Virus record (IMG/VR): IMGVR_UViG_3300028048_000004
Span: 6,958 to 70,957 of that record
Length of the DNA stretch: 64,000 nucleotides
Reading direction: 5' to 3' (one strand)
Source of the DNA: a virus
Taxonomy: Duplodnaviria > Caudoviricetes
Shown here: positions 33,735 through 44,900 of the stretch, one piece after another
Layout of the letters: every line of letters begins with the position of its first letter
How positions within the stretch are numbered: the stretch's first letter is position 1
The notes under the pieces: generated by a model
What the model saw: only the letters and a program-made list of their open reading frames with translations
Database searches by the model: none
Told to the model about the DNA's origin: nothing
Program-made: the position numbers and the translations under genes

Positions 33735-34655
33735 TCAGATCAGACCGTTGTTACCACCACATCCGCACCCGCAGTTGTTATTGCAAGTAAAGATGGGTGT
33801 TCTGCCGTATACCGGAGTGGACGGAACCGGGCAAGAATTGAGTCTGTTATACAGAGCATCGACCTCGTTTGCGAAACCGTTCTGGATAAGTGCGTTCTGA
33901 GCAGACTGAGAAGCTGCCAGATTTGCCATGTTAAGCTGAGTCTGAAGTTCAGAAATCCTATCATTCTTCGCTTCAACCTGTGCTTTAACACCGTCCAGTT
34001 CAAGCTGGCACAATTTATCCAGAATAGCCTGAGTACCACGTGTCTGGCTATCAATTATGTCTCTTGTATTCTGGTAAGCCGCAGTTCTGTCGGCGCAGTT
34101 TTCCGTAGCTACCGTGTACTTGAGATCAGCTAAACCAAGTCTGTTCTCACAGCAACAATCGGCAAACTGAGAACCGATGTTGTTGAATCCTTGCATCATA
34201 GCTGTCTGGGCATTGAATGCCTGATTCATATTTGCCATCTGACGGGCATTTGCCGCTGTTTCAGCATTAGCGAATCCACTATTAACTGTTGCATTAACTC
34301 CTGCGAAACCATTGCATAAGGACTGTTGCACATCTGCACAGCATCCACACAGTTGAGTAGATAATCCAGAAATACCAGACTGTAAACCGGAAATCCCACT
34401 CATTACAGCTTGCTGATCAAAACCACGCTGAACATCTGCATTGGTAGTATTGCTCATGATGTAAGGCATAGCACCTCCACCACCATAGCCACCGCCGAAA
34501 CCATTGCCCCAACCGCCGAGAGCAAACAGGAACAGAAGAATAATCCACCAACCGTTATCGCCGCCCCAGCCACCAAAGCCAGAACCACCACCATACATAG
34601 GTGCTACAGGCATAACCATATCGTTACCTCCATTTCCACCTTCTGTTAAAGACAT
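33735..34655 (-). CDS. Gly-rich N-terminus, Cys-dotted coiled-coil hypothetical protein
   Basis: GFGGWGGDNGWW; DCCCENR; CNNNCGCGCG tail. Confidence 0.7.
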   Translation of the reverse strand: MSLTEGGNGGNDMVMPVAPMYGGGSGFGGWGGDNGWWIILLFLFALGGWGNGFGGGYGGGGAMPYIMSNTTNADVQRGFDQQAVMSGISGLQSGISGLSTQLCGCCADVQQSLCNGFAGVNATVNSGFANAETAANARQMANMNQAFNAQTAMMQGFNNIGSQFADCCCENRLGLADLKYTVATENCADRTAAYQNTRDIIDSQTRGTQAILDKLCQLELDGVKAQVEAKNDRISELQTQLNMANLAASQSAQNALIQNGFANEVDALYNRLNSCPVPSTPVYGRTPIFTCNNNCGCGCGGNNGLI

Positions 34656-34713
34656 AACTTTAACTCCTTTCGTTTTTTATTTATACCTAACCTTGCGCAA
34701 TGGTATTAGTATC

Positions 34714-34947
34714 TCACTGATTGTGTGTTAACATGTTCTGTATCTGAGTTGCCATCTGTGAAAGCTGATTATACTGATTTTGAGACATTTTACCCGTATT
34801 AAGTAACTGTTGTACTTGTTGTTTTGGATCACCTTGAAATGACTGCTTAAATTGATTAAGTTTCTGGATCATGTTCTGCATATTACCAAATGGGCCGGGC
34901 AATTTAGGATTTCCGCCCAATGCGTTGAATAAAGAATTAGCCATCAA
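34714..34947 (-). CDS. Q/N-rich small protein
   Basis: GDPKQQVQQLLNTGKMSQNQYNQL. Confidence 0.65.
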   Translation of the reverse strand: MMANSLFNALGGNPKLPGPFGNMQNMIQKLNQFKQSFQGDPKQQVQQLLNTGKMSQNQYNQLSQMATQIQNMLTHNQ

Positions 34948-35377
34948 TAATCACCTCTTCTTTCTTAGCAGAAATCAATTCATTCAGTTTTTTATTAAAC
35001 TCTTCCCGTGTAACAAATTGAGATGTATCAATGTCCGAGTGCTGTGCTACTTGCGGTTGAGTTTGCTGAGTTGTTCGTTCCTTATAATCAAAAATTCTTA
35101 ACGGCATCGGCATACCGCTATTGTCAGAAGATTTGATGTAGAAAGTATTTGACTCACTATCCATGAGCATTACACTTTTACCGGGTGCGACTGCCCATGA
35201 CTTTGCTCCTGCTTCACCCTGTACCCATAAAATCCCATTATCATTTACGGGTTGTTGCATCATTTGAGGTTGCTGTTGAGTCATCTGTGGTTGAAATGAC
35301 GAAGCTACATACTGCGGATACATCTGCTGATAAGTCATAGGAAAACCATTATTATATGCCATTATTCTTTCCTCCAA
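34937..35377 (-). CDS. Q/P-rich hypothetical protein
   Basis: WVQGEAGAKSWAVAPGKSVMLMDSE core flanked by Q-rich tracts. Confidence 0.65.
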   Translation of the reverse strand: MEERIMAYNNGFPMTYQQMYPQYVASSFQPQMTQQQPQMMQQPVNDNGILWVQGEAGAKSWAVAPGKSVMLMDSESNTFYIKSSDNSGMPMPLRIFDYKERTTQQTQPQVAQHSDIDTSQFVTREEFNKKLNELISAKKEEVIIDG

Positions 35378-35784
35378 TAGTAAATTGGTATCTCGTTACC
35401 ACTATCCCATGTATCAAAATAATCACCGTTTGCAACTGCTACTACATGTGTCCCGGTTGCTAAAATACCTGTTAATTCTGGATTATCTCTTACAAACTGA
35501 GAAACGGTATAACAGTTTGGACACGTATCTGGTATCACATATCGTTTAAAACCATGCTCTGCTAAATATGTACCCCACACGTCATTTGATGATGGCATAT
35601 CATGCATGGTAAATCCCTGTAACATCACATCCAGATAAGTATCTTCCCACGGCATACCCACTGTTTTAGAAATTGCTCTTATCACACAATCTCCTACCAG
35701 TTTTCGCCGGGGATTTGGATTGAAATTTACGAACCCTATGTCTACCACCTTCTTTCCGATTTTCGGACAATAAAACAAAGGCAC
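35362..35784 (-). CDS. Hypothetical protein, possible papain-like/peptidase fold
   Basis: VGDCVIRAI...HVVAV...DTWDSG gives a putative Cys-His-Asp triad. Confidence 0.5.
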   Translation of the reverse strand: MPLFYCPKIGKKVVDIGFVNFNPNPRRKLVGDCVIRAISKTVGMPWEDTYLDVMLQGFTMHDMPSSNDVWGTYLAEHGFKRYVIPDTCPNCYTVSQFVRDNPELTGILATGTHVVAVANGDYFDTWDSGNEIPIYYWRKE

Positions 35785-35929
35785 AGATTGGTGAACACTG
35801 CTTGTTTTGCATCACTTGATTTAATGCCAAACCAATGTCTTTCATATCTGCACCTCCGTTTTTTGTTTTATTGTAAACAAAAAAGACACCGTACATTTGT
35901 ACGATGTCTTTACGAATTTTATACAGTTT

Positions 35930-36151
35930 TTATTTAAGGTATGGTAGAACTCTGATTATTTTGTTTCTTACTCGTTTCGCCAATTTAGATACTTGTGCTT
36001 CTGATACATGCAATTCCATAGCAATAAAAACATTAGATTTATGTTTAGCCCGTAAATTGAAATACGCCAATTCATCGTCAGAAAAGTTGCACTGTTCTCT
36101 GAATATTTTCAATTCTGGGACAGTAAAATCATAAAGCTGTGGGATTTGCAT
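35930..36151 (-). CDS. LuxR/GerE-like HTH regulator
   Basis: FSDDELAYFNLRAKHKSNVFIAMELHVSEAQVSKL. Confidence 0.65.
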   Translation of the reverse strand: MQIPQLYDFTVPELKIFREQCNFSDDELAYFNLRAKHKSNVFIAMELHVSEAQVSKLAKRVRNKIIRVLPYLK

Positions 36152-36416
36152 TTACATTCGCCTTCAATTCGTCTACCCGTTTCCACATGGTTGCAACGGA
36201 TGCTTCAACTTTAATCAATCTATCATGATCTTCTTTCTGGTCATTTTTTAATCCGGCAATTTCAGTCTTTATATCAGCAATTCCAGACCCGATATTTTCC
36301 AGTTTAACAATGACCGTTGTCAGTTCCGTTGTGTTTTCCTTATTGCTTTTGCTCATAAAAGAGTAAAGTGCTAACAATAGTGATACAAAAGATATGGCGA
36401 TTGGTGCGTATTCCAT
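36129..36416 (-). CDS. Membrane-anchored coiled-coil protein (XhlA/holin-accessory-like)
   Basis: N-terminal TM followed by coiled coil HDRLIKVEAS. Confidence 0.55.
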   Translation of the reverse strand: MEYAPIAISFVSLLLALYSFMSKSNKENTTELTTVIVKLENIGSGIADIKTEIAGLKNDQKEDHDRLIKVEASVATMWKRVDELKANVNANPTAL

Positions 36417-36431
36417 TTTACAGTCTCCTTT

Positions 36432-36557
36432 TTAATCTGATCCTTTTACTTTATCTGCAAAATTACTTAAAGTATTTCCAATAAGTAAAACGGATATTCC
36501 TAAAATTATTGGTGATGCTATTACTATTATTAATGCTATGATATCATATCTATTCAT
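36432..36557 (-). CDS. 41-aa single-TM peptide (not in ORF track)
   Basis: MNRYDIIALIIVIASPIILGISVLLIGNTLSNFADKVKGSD. Confidence 0.5.
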   Translation of the reverse strand: MNRYDIIALIIVIASPIILGISVLLIGNTLSNFADKVKGSD

Positions 36558-36567
36558 TATGTTGCCC

Positions 36568-36864
36568 TCACTTTTGACCGATAATTTGTGCTATTGTTTG
36601 TTTAATTTTATCAAATCCAAGCATGGCTGACAACCAAGACATGATGACAAGAACTACAATTTGTACCCAAACTTTCGTATCTAATGTGACATCGTGCATA
36701 ATAATATGTACCGCACATACTGCTCCTGCTACAACAATAGATACAATCGCCGCTAAGATATTGGAACTAAACTTAAACTTGTCTCCAATCATCTTCTTGA
36801 TTGCTTCCGTCACCAAACCTGTCAGTGTTGCGGCTGCTGCCAGTAAAACCATCATCTGATCCAT
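36568..36864 (-). CDS. Holin-like three-TM protein
   Basis: Three hydrophobic segments; C-terminal GFDKIKQTIAQI. Confidence 0.6.
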   Translation of the reverse strand: MDQMMVLLAAAATLTGLVTEAIKKMIGDKFKFSSNILAAIVSIVVAGAVCAVHIIMHDVTLDTKVWVQIVVLVIMSWLSAMLGFDKIKQTIAQIIGQK

Positions 36865-37063
36865 TGCTATACCTCTCTTTCGTATTTTTTATCCATGCCA
36901 TAAATCCAAATTCACCTAAACATGCGCCGAACACCGCTGTAATCAACACATCCGGTACTCCACCTACATGCCAGTATGTAATTATCATACTGATTGTGAA
37001 AAGTGTAAGAATTACAGCAATTACTTTCAGCACAATGTCCATTGTACGTTTTTCTTTTTTCAT
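36773..37063 (-). CDS. Two-TM membrane protein
   Basis: VPDVLITAVFGACLGEFGFMAWIK. Confidence 0.55.
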   Translation of the reverse strand: MKKEKRTMDIVLKVIAVILTLFTISMIITYWHVGGVPDVLITAVFGACLGEFGFMAWIKNTKERYSNGSDDGFTGSSRNTDRFGDGSNQEDDWRQV

Positions 37064-37287
37064 GACTGTGACTCCTCAACTACTGCATGATTAAATGCTT
37101 TTCCTTCTAATGCAAATCCTTGGTTATCCATCAAGACTGCGGCGTGTACCGACACTGTGCTAATTGCCGCCGCCGACAAAACCGCATAATATTTATGTTG
37201 CGCTTCTGCCAGTGTGTCATGATCTGTTACAATGTTTGCTACCTTTCCATCTGTTCCCGTCTGCAATTCTATTACTATGTATTTCAT
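37060..37287 (-). CDS. Hypothetical protein downstream of the tail fibre
   Basis: KYIVIELQT...AQHKYYAVLSAAAIS. Confidence 0.6.
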   Translation of the reverse strand: MKYIVIELQTGTDGKVANIVTDHDTLAEAQHKYYAVLSAAAISTVSVHAAVLMDNQGFALEGKAFNHAVVEESQS

Positions 37288-37299
37288 ATATTACCCTCC

Positions 37300-38298
37300 T
37301 TATTGTGCAAGTGGTGCATATAGTGACCCGTTGAGAAAATAAAAAGTTCCACTTTCTGATCCAAGAAGATCGCCGTTGGCGTTGAGATTCCCTGTTCCCG
37401 CTTGAAAAGCTGCGGCATAGCATCTACCTGTACTTGCTTGCATCATAAATATATCTTGTGGCGATGACACCGTAACCCCCGAAAAGTTGCACAGGTTCCC
37501 ACCATTAGATATGGTCGCATAAACCCTCAAAACCATGTTAATCATGATGAAATTACCAAGGCGATAGCAGTTATTTCGATACAGCGAAACGTTGGCTGCC
37601 ATCGTTGGAACAACCCTATCTGCATATGCGGGATGCAGCTCGTCCTCTAAGATTTTGCCCTGGTATGCATCCAACACTGCGCTTCCGGCGGAAGCCGTTG
37701 TCAGGTCATTCGCCACACTTTTGCTTGCAGCATCTCCGAGTGTTGGCCTGTTTGACAGGTCGCTGTAACTCCCAGAAAACGCTACGGTCTTAAGATCTGC
37801 AAACCATTTTGAAATCTTACCCCAAATCGTTTTGATCGACTCGCCGCTTGTGAGATTTGTGCGTGAAGACGCTTGTGTGAAAGTTGTTACATCTTCATTC
37901 AATTTAGCTTCTGTTACTGCACCCGTATCTATTTTATTTGTAGTAACAGCACCGTCATTTATCTTTGATGTAATTACAGCGTATGTTGCAAGTTTAGCAG
38001 ATGAAATTGACCCGTCTTCAACTGTTGCTCGCCACTCTGGATGCTCGTCTAAAGCATCATTCACCGCACTTGTTACATATTGTTGGAACTCTGGATCATC
38101 TTCCAACGCCTGCTGAATACTTGCGGCCATTTCTTCATAAGTGGACAGTCTTTGTACATCACCGGAAGCAAAACAAATATATACTCCTTTTCCCGTGCTT
38201 GTAGTAGAGTCCCCACTTAAAACTACCGCAAATTCTCCGGGTATCATTTTGCCAGTATCAAAATCAGCAAATATACCCCTCCTCATTTGTATTGCCAT
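37300..38298 (-). CDS. Tail fibre / receptor-binding protein
   Basis: MAIQMRRG start; AVTxxK repeats; LKTVAFSGSYSDLSNRP fibre motif; variable C-terminal head. Confidence 0.7.
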   Translation of the reverse strand: MAIQMRRGIFADFDTGKMIPGEFAVVLSGDSTTSTGKGVYICFASGDVQRLSTYEEMAASIQQALEDDPEFQQYVTSAVNDALDEHPEWRATVEDGSISSAKLATYAVITSKINDGAVTTNKIDTGAVTEAKLNEDVTTFTQASSRTNLTSGESIKTIWGKISKWFADLKTVAFSGSYSDLSNRPTLGDAASKSVANDLTTASAGSAVLDAYQGKILEDELHPAYADRVVPTMAANVSLYRNNCYRLGNFIMINMVLRVYATISNGGNLCNFSGVTVSSPQDIFMMQASTGRCYAAAFQAGTGNLNANGDLLGSESGTFYFLNGSLYAPLAQ

Positions 38299-38310
38299 AT
38301 TGCTATCTCC

Positions 38311-38514
38311 TTACTCAAACGCATCAACGAATGCCTGTGCGATCTCCTCGACTGCTTCCACAGCTGTTTTCTGTGCGCTGCCGGTAACTACCCTGTCGAT
38401 TCTCTTGTTGTCCGTGATAATTCTCCCTGTAGCATCGTCTATCTCTGAGTACACAATGCTCATTCTTTTCCCTACCGCATCGTTCCATACGGTTGTGGCT
38501 GTGACTACCTTCAT
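38311..38514 (-). CDS. Small tail-associated protein
   Basis: GKRMSIVYSEIDDATGRIITDNKR; follows the large tail protein. Confidence 0.55.
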   Translation of the reverse strand: MKVVTATTVWNDAVGKRMSIVYSEIDDATGRIITDNKRIDRVVTGSAQKTAVEAVEEIAQAFVDAFE

Positions 38515-41500
38515 GCCGATATTCTCCTTTCTTGTTCAATCTCAGTGATATGGTTTATCGCATCCGCGCCATAGTCGCGAGTCTCCGGGTCTGCCGTCTG
38601 TTTGAAGATGTCCAGCCTCCGCTGATCCAGGTCGAACTGTTTCGCCTTCAGTTCCCAGCCAAACCGCAATCCCGGTTCTCCGTTTACGGTAAAGAATGCC
38701 CCGTTCCTTTCGGACACATAGCATTCGCCGATGCCGTATTTCTGTAAGAACACCTGATACCCGTCAGCAGAGATCGTTTCCGCGAAGACGGGATCGATGT
38801 AAATTCTTGTTTCTCCGTTCTCCCCGATTTCGCCCTCTCCGACATCTCCGAACATTGGAGCGGACGTTTCATAACAGTACATGAGCCGCTTGCTGTAGTC
38901 AGGTGTCTTGACGATTCGGTTCTTCTCGCCATTTGTGTATATACCCGTTCTGTCAGCGAGGAATGTTGTCTCTTGGAGTTCGCCTACGCCGTTGTCGTAT
39001 GTAGTCAACATCATGTTTGCGGCGATGAATGTCCTATATGCCCCGTTGGCTGTTTCGAGATACACGCCGCATGTCGGATCTACAACTGCCGCATTTACCT
39101 CATTGGTTGTAAGCTGAATGTATCCGTCACGCATAACGGCCTTCTGGGACCACGAAGACGCACACGATACTCCCGCCCCTCCGACGTATACACCCGGAGA
39201 GTTGGAATCCACTCCGCTGTGAGACTTCGTATACAGGCTGTCGCCCGCAATCGTGAAACTGGCAATCTCGCCAGATTCCGAATATATAGAGCCCTCGAAC
39301 GAACCTGCGGATGCGTGAATGCCAGTATTATCCCAATATCCAATAGTTTGTCCAGAAGCGTTTTTAATTGTTAACTTACCACTGGTATTATTTTGACCTC
39401 CTAAAACAATATTCGTACCTATTGCCCAATCAAATGCTATACCTAAAGCACTAATTCTTTTAGCAATAATAGAACCATCTGCTGTAATACCTGTATTCCA
39501 TACAGTAGCACTAGGATTAGAGCCCTTATAATCTGTGGTAACAGATATAACCTTGTCACTCATTCTCCAAACAATTTTGGATGAGGCTAATTGTTGTTGG
39601 TCGTGGAGATAGTAAATCGTTCCGGTGGAATCCGTTTGTCTTGTACAATACAATCCTGCGGAAGTTGCTATAGCTTGTTCCAAACTTTCTATGGCTTGAT
39701 CTATAGCGGACGTTTCTTTGTTTAGTAACTTCCTAGCTTCTACATAACTCTTTGTTGAAGATGAATATTTTGTAACACTGTTTCTGGACGGGGTAGACGC
39801 TCCACAAACTACAGTCTGTAATCCATCAGCAGAGAATGTCATACGAGTAACCAGTATTGGATACATATTTTGTTTACGGTCTATAACAACTGCTACATCA
39901 CCGGCTTCTATTGATGGATCACCACGATGTGTAACATTAAGTTTTCTGAACCGCAATCCAATTAACGCTGTACCTAACCAGTTAAGAATTGTGTTAACAT
40001 TGGAAGATGTGATGAATGGATTTTCATCTAATTCCAAAACATATCCAGATGTACCGACCAAATCGGATTGTGTTATGTTGCCCTCTTCATCTTTTAAATT
40101 CGCAATTACACCCGTGATAACTACATCATCGACACTCATTGTTTGAGAATTTAATCCCCAAATAAAATGAATGTCCTCATAATCAGCAAATGTGCCACTG
40201 TCTATTACATCACCAACACTCCACGGATTAAAGGAACCACCATCCGCAGTATCACCGCTCTGATAAGACGTTGCATTGTTTATTAACCAACCTGTATCGG
40301 ATCTGTGAGCGTACATAACACCAACAGCAGGCGTAAATGCCGTAGATACACCGTTTTCAACAATACTACTTGTTCCCAGATAGGAACTTATAGACGGAAC
40401 CTGTATAACATTAATATAAACATAACCGTCACTCACTAAGAAAATTTCATACTGGATCACAGTGGTAGAAGAAGACGATGTGCGTGTGTTACCGCTAAAA
40501 TAAATTTTGATTGCCGACCAGTCATCCTTTGCTATCAGCTGATAACGAATGTTGCCAGATCTTCCATTTCTCGTAAATATATTAATGTCCCTAATGGTCG
40601 TATGTCCGTGATCAGTCGGTTCTTCATTGCCAAAATAAATACAACTGTCAGAATCTATAAATATCTTCTCGCTTACTACGCCATTCCATTCAAATTCGAT
40701 CTCATTTTCTATGCTAAACCACGCATCATCCACATTCGAATTTGGCAGAAGTGTCATCCCAGTCGTTGTGTTAAGATACGGCCTTACCCTGTCTACACCG
40801 GATCGACCACCATCAAAATAACCACCGTCAAGACCTTCGTGAAGTTCATCCAATGCGGTTGTATCAAACCACTTTAATTCCAACTCACCGGCAGGATTAC
40901 ATTTTACATAGCATCCCGCTACCGTTGCTACATAAGACAGCACTTCCCGGAACGTAGTGGAGTCTTTATCTGGAGCATTTGCGGCAGAAAGTTGATATGT
41001 TCTGTGCGGAAAAGTTAAAGAAGAATTTGCAAGCGCAACACCGCACTTACTACACGCATCCTGTACGATAGACAGTAATGTTGGGCTACTGGCATAATTT
41101 ATGGAACTACTAGAATACGGTCTATCAAATTGTGCCATGTTATCCAAAAGAGTAAGTCGGATTGTAGCACCGTTATATTCTGCTTCATCTACCGTATAAA
41201 CACCGATTGCAAGATTAGTTGTTCGACTTTCGGAAAGTTGTAAGACAAGATTAATTGTGACTTTTGCATTTGCAAAGTCGTACATGGAAAAGTCATCATC
41301 AATGTTGTTAAGAATTAACGTAGCAGAACCAATAACTACTCCACCCAAAGCTGTAAAACTGTCATCTTCAGACACAGCTTCTTCGTAAGAAAATCCACCA
41401 GTCCAGATTTGATTATTTGTGACACCACTTAATAATGTACCGTCCTCAAACTCAAAATCAGACGATACTATATAATGTGCTTCGTCATCATAAATTTTAT

Positions 41501-41528
41501 TTCTAAATTCTACTGGTATTGTTTTCAT
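38511..41528 (-). CDS. Large minor tail / baseplate hub protein
   Basis: Position after the distal tail gene; GDPSIEAGDV motif; 1005 aa. Confidence 0.75.
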   Translation of the reverse strand: MKTIPVEFRNKIYDDEAHYIVSSDFEFEDGTLLSGVTNNQIWTGGFSYEEAVSEDDSFTALGGVVIGSATLILNNIDDDFSMYDFANAKVTINLVLQLSESRTTNLAIGVYTVDEAEYNGATIRLTLLDNMAQFDRPYSSSSINYASSPTLLSIVQDACSKCGVALANSSLTFPHRTYQLSAANAPDKDSTTFREVLSYVATVAGCYVKCNPAGELELKWFDTTALDELHEGLDGGYFDGGRSGVDRVRPYLNTTTGMTLLPNSNVDDAWFSIENEIEFEWNGVVSEKIFIDSDSCIYFGNEEPTDHGHTTIRDINIFTRNGRSGNIRYQLIAKDDWSAIKIYFSGNTRTSSSSTTVIQYEIFLVSDGYVYINVIQVPSISSYLGTSSIVENGVSTAFTPAVGVMYAHRSDTGWLINNATSYQSGDTADGGSFNPWSVGDVIDSGTFADYEDIHFIWGLNSQTMSVDDVVITGVIANLKDEEGNITQSDLVGTSGYVLELDENPFITSSNVNTILNWLGTALIGLRFRKLNVTHRGDPSIEAGDVAVVIDRKQNMYPILVTRMTFSADGLQTVVCGASTPSRNSVTKYSSSTKSYVEARKLLNKETSAIDQAIESLEQAIATSAGLYCTRQTDSTGTIYYLHDQQQLASSKIVWRMSDKVISVTTDYKGSNPSATVWNTGITADGSIIAKRISALGIAFDWAIGTNIVLGGQNNTSGKLTIKNASGQTIGYWDNTGIHASAGSFEGSIYSESGEIASFTIAGDSLYTKSHSGVDSNSPGVYVGGAGVSCASSWSQKAVMRDGYIQLTTNEVNAAVVDPTCGVYLETANGAYRTFIAANMMLTTYDNGVGELQETTFLADRTGIYTNGEKNRIVKTPDYSKRLMYCYETSAPMFGDVGEGEIGENGETRIYIDPVFAETISADGYQVFLQKYGIGECYVSERNGAFFTVNGEPGLRFGWELKAKQFDLDQRRLDIFKQTADPETRDYGADAINHITEIEQERRISA

Positions 41529-41535
41529 AACTGCC

Positions 41536-41904
41536 TCAAATCCTGATGAACTGGAGAGTAATATCTCTCCACGTGTTCGTTTGGTTATTTAAGTTATTAG
41601 CCTTGCCACTTCTCTTACCAACATAAAAATCGTTGATTAAAATCTGCTCTGGAAATCTAGGATCAACATATGTCAATTTAATCTTTGTTTTCCCATTTAC
41701 AAGATTTAACAATGCCGCTGTTTCTGCCCATCCCAACTTTTTCCATGTACATGTGTAATAGTCTTTGACATCGATTACATCTTTATGCATTACGCCATCC
41801 AGTGTTCTTCCTGACCGCTCAGATGATAAATCTTCGATATCAAATCCATACTCAGATGGGGTAGGTATAGCTACCCCATTGATTTTAAAAGGTTGTGAAA
41901 TCAT
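41536..41904 (-). CDS. Distal tail (Dit-like) protein
   Basis: Follows the tape measure; SGRTLDGVMHKDVI. Confidence 0.7.
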   Translation of the reverse strand: MISQPFKINGVAIPTPSEYGFDIEDLSSERSGRTLDGVMHKDVIDVKDYYTCTWKKLGWAETAALLNLVNGKTKIKLTYVDPRFPEQILINDFYVGKRSGKANNLNNQTNTWRDITLQFIRI

Positions 41905-41915
41905 ATTTTCACCTC

Positions 41916-44900
41916 TTACTTAATTTTACTATAACGTCTATCTAAAATCAAGTTTCCATTGTTTACATGGCGAGCCAGTTGTTCATCGCCAACATACCAA
42001 CCGAGGTTCATATACTCATTAAACATTTCTACCAGTAGGGGTCGTAAATCTTCCACAGTTAATTGATTAGCTGTAAGATTTTCCAGAAGTCCCTTTACAC
42101 TAGAAACATCTTCCGAAGATGCACCATAAGCGGTTGCATATGCCGGTACTACCTTACCTTGTGCAACTGCCGGTACAGATGCGCTAATATTTCCAAGTCC
42201 TGCAAATACAGAAGCCATGCTATCAAACTTAGAAATAATCGTATCCGAAAACTGTGTAAGAACATCATCCAGTTTATCAATCCAATCATTGATGGATGTA
42301 TCGAGCGCAACTGTGGGACTGTTCTTTTCGGCTTCATCTACCATTGCATCTGTCATATCTGTAACAGCATTTACAGCATTGTCCTGATTATCTGCAATGC
42401 CTTCGCCCATACCTTCTGTGATCATCTCACCGACATAAGCAAACTTACGTGATGGAGAATGAATACCTAATGCACGGCAAGCGGAATTGTACATTCGAAC
42501 AGCGGTATTCCACGCTAAAACTTCCAACCAAGACGAATGGGCAAATAACCCATTGTAAATACCAACAGCAATGTTATAGCCAACATTCCACCAATTTAAT
42601 TTATTGGCTGAGTTGTACATTGATGCTATAACACCGTTACTTGCAGACTCTGCTTTACCTTTGTTATTGGTAATACCAGTTGATAAGGAGTCCATTAAAT
42701 CTCGTCCAAGATTTGTAAACTGTGTCTTTGTCCGTTCTATAGTAGACATCATTTCAGATATAATAGTCTGTACTAGAGTTACAAGTTTTGACTTTTGTTG
42801 TTCAAGTCCAATGAATAATCCTTGAGCCAAATATCCTCCAAGTTTTTGTGTAACTCTGGACGGAGAATGCATTTGTCCCTCTTCTTCCATACCATCTATT
42901 GATGCACTGACAATTTTCTCACCGGCTTTTTTTGACTCTCCAGTTTTGGATTCCAAAGTTTTTGTATATCCATCACCGATGTTTGTCGCACCCGTTTTTG
43001 CATTTTCTTCACCTGTCTTCGCAATTTCCATGATTGATTGTGCTACTTTACCAAACTCTTTTCGTGTATTTGCATCAGCAGTTATTCCTGCTGTAGCTAT
43101 AGCAGTTGCAAGTTCCTGTGAAGATATGCCAGTTTTTTCAAACGCCTTTTGAACTTTTGCCATGTTCTTTTCAGTTGGATTTGCATCATATTCGTTTAAC
43201 GTTTTTTGAAGTTCTTGCGTTTGTTCATCTGACAGTGAACCACTATCTCCTAGTGCCTTAATTGCACCAGACATAAGAGCAAGTTTTAATCCGGTTGTCC
43301 AACTCACGTTGTCAAATAGTCCAAACACATCCTGTAAATCAGATGTTTGTTGACTTGATGTATCCGCACTATTACCCATCTGCTGAATGTAAGATGTTAA
43401 GACACCCAAATCATCCGATGTAAATGCTCCAGAATCAATCATAGATTGTAAAGCAGATTTTAATGAGTCAGAACTAATCCCGGCTTTATTTAAACTACCC
43501 TCAACCTGTCCCATAGTTTCTATAAATTTTTTACCATCATTAGAAGCTACCTGTGAAATCGGATTAAGTAATCCTAATAACTCCACATATGTTATTCCTG
43601 CTTCATCTGCTGTACTAGATAACGCATCCCCTAATCCATACCAAATATCAGTTGTATTAATATATGTATCTTGAGATTCGCTTATTTTTTTGTCGTTTGC
43701 TTCCCAAACAGCAATAAATGCCCCTAACCCGGCTACGGTTTTTCCAAGTGCCATAGCTAATCCACCAACAGCACCTCCACCACCGCCAACTAAAGCAGTA
43801 GTAGCATTCTTAGCCGGTAAAACAAGTTTTTCAAGATTTGTAGCAAATGTAGCAATTAAATTAACAGCGGAACTAACTAAGTTAAACGCAAGTAAACTTC
43901 CCGCACAAATACCTAATGCGGTTCCAATCGCTTCTAATACGTCTGGTGGCACTGTTCGTATTGCGTCTGCTATCTTTTGTAATGCCGGGCCGAGAGCCAC
44001 AAGAAAATCTGTTCCAATATCAACTAGTGCTTCAAATACAGCAATAAATCCGACACCAAACCCCTCTATTGCAGGAGCAAGTGCATCTACTACTGCTTTA
44101 ACACCATCCGCTATGGTCTGAAAATCTATAAGACTAGCGGCTCTATTAATAGAACTTTGCAATTTATCAATCGCAGTTGTAAAAGGACTTTCAATATTAT
44201 CAGTGTTAAATATTCCCTTGAAAGTTTCAATGGCGGCATTAATAGCTGACCAAACTACCTCGCCTATATTATTAAGAAGTGTTGCCCACGGAATATCTTT
44301 TATAAGCTGTGATAACTTAGCACCAAAATCATACCAATGAACTTCGGATAAAAATGATATAAGTGTATCATGAAAACCGTGTATGAATGTCAATATTCCT
44401 GCGGCTAATCTTTGCGGACTAAATCTCTGTAAAAAGCTGTTCAATCCAGTCGCAAGTGATACACCAAACTGTCCCCAATTAAATTTTTCACCAAAAGTAG
44501 CTAAAACTGTGAAAGCCGTTTCCAGTGTTGTATACAGCGTGTCACCGAGTACAGCAAAATTCTCTGGTGTGAGTAACGAGTTAAGAAATAATGCTAAACT
44601 AGACCCAAAATTAGCCGCCGCAGAAAATATTGATTGGCGTAATGACTCTGACCCAAACAGTGATCTAAACGCCTCGCCTATTCCCATACCCAGTTCAAGT
44701 ACAGTACGTTTAATAAGAGGCCAGTCTAAATTGTCCAATGCCCCAATAACTAAATCCGATATCGCCTTCCCTAAATTTGACCACTCAAAATTTGATATAA
44801 ATGACTCCACAAATGTAAATGCGGAATTGATTGCCTGTGCAATAGTTGTACCTATAGAAGAAAACAATCCGGGAGTGGATAAAAATCCATTGAAAAACGT

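Noticed and set aside
37300-41528. Diversity-generating retroelement target in tail genes
   Set aside because: No reverse transcriptase in the window and no TR/VR repeat pair noticed.
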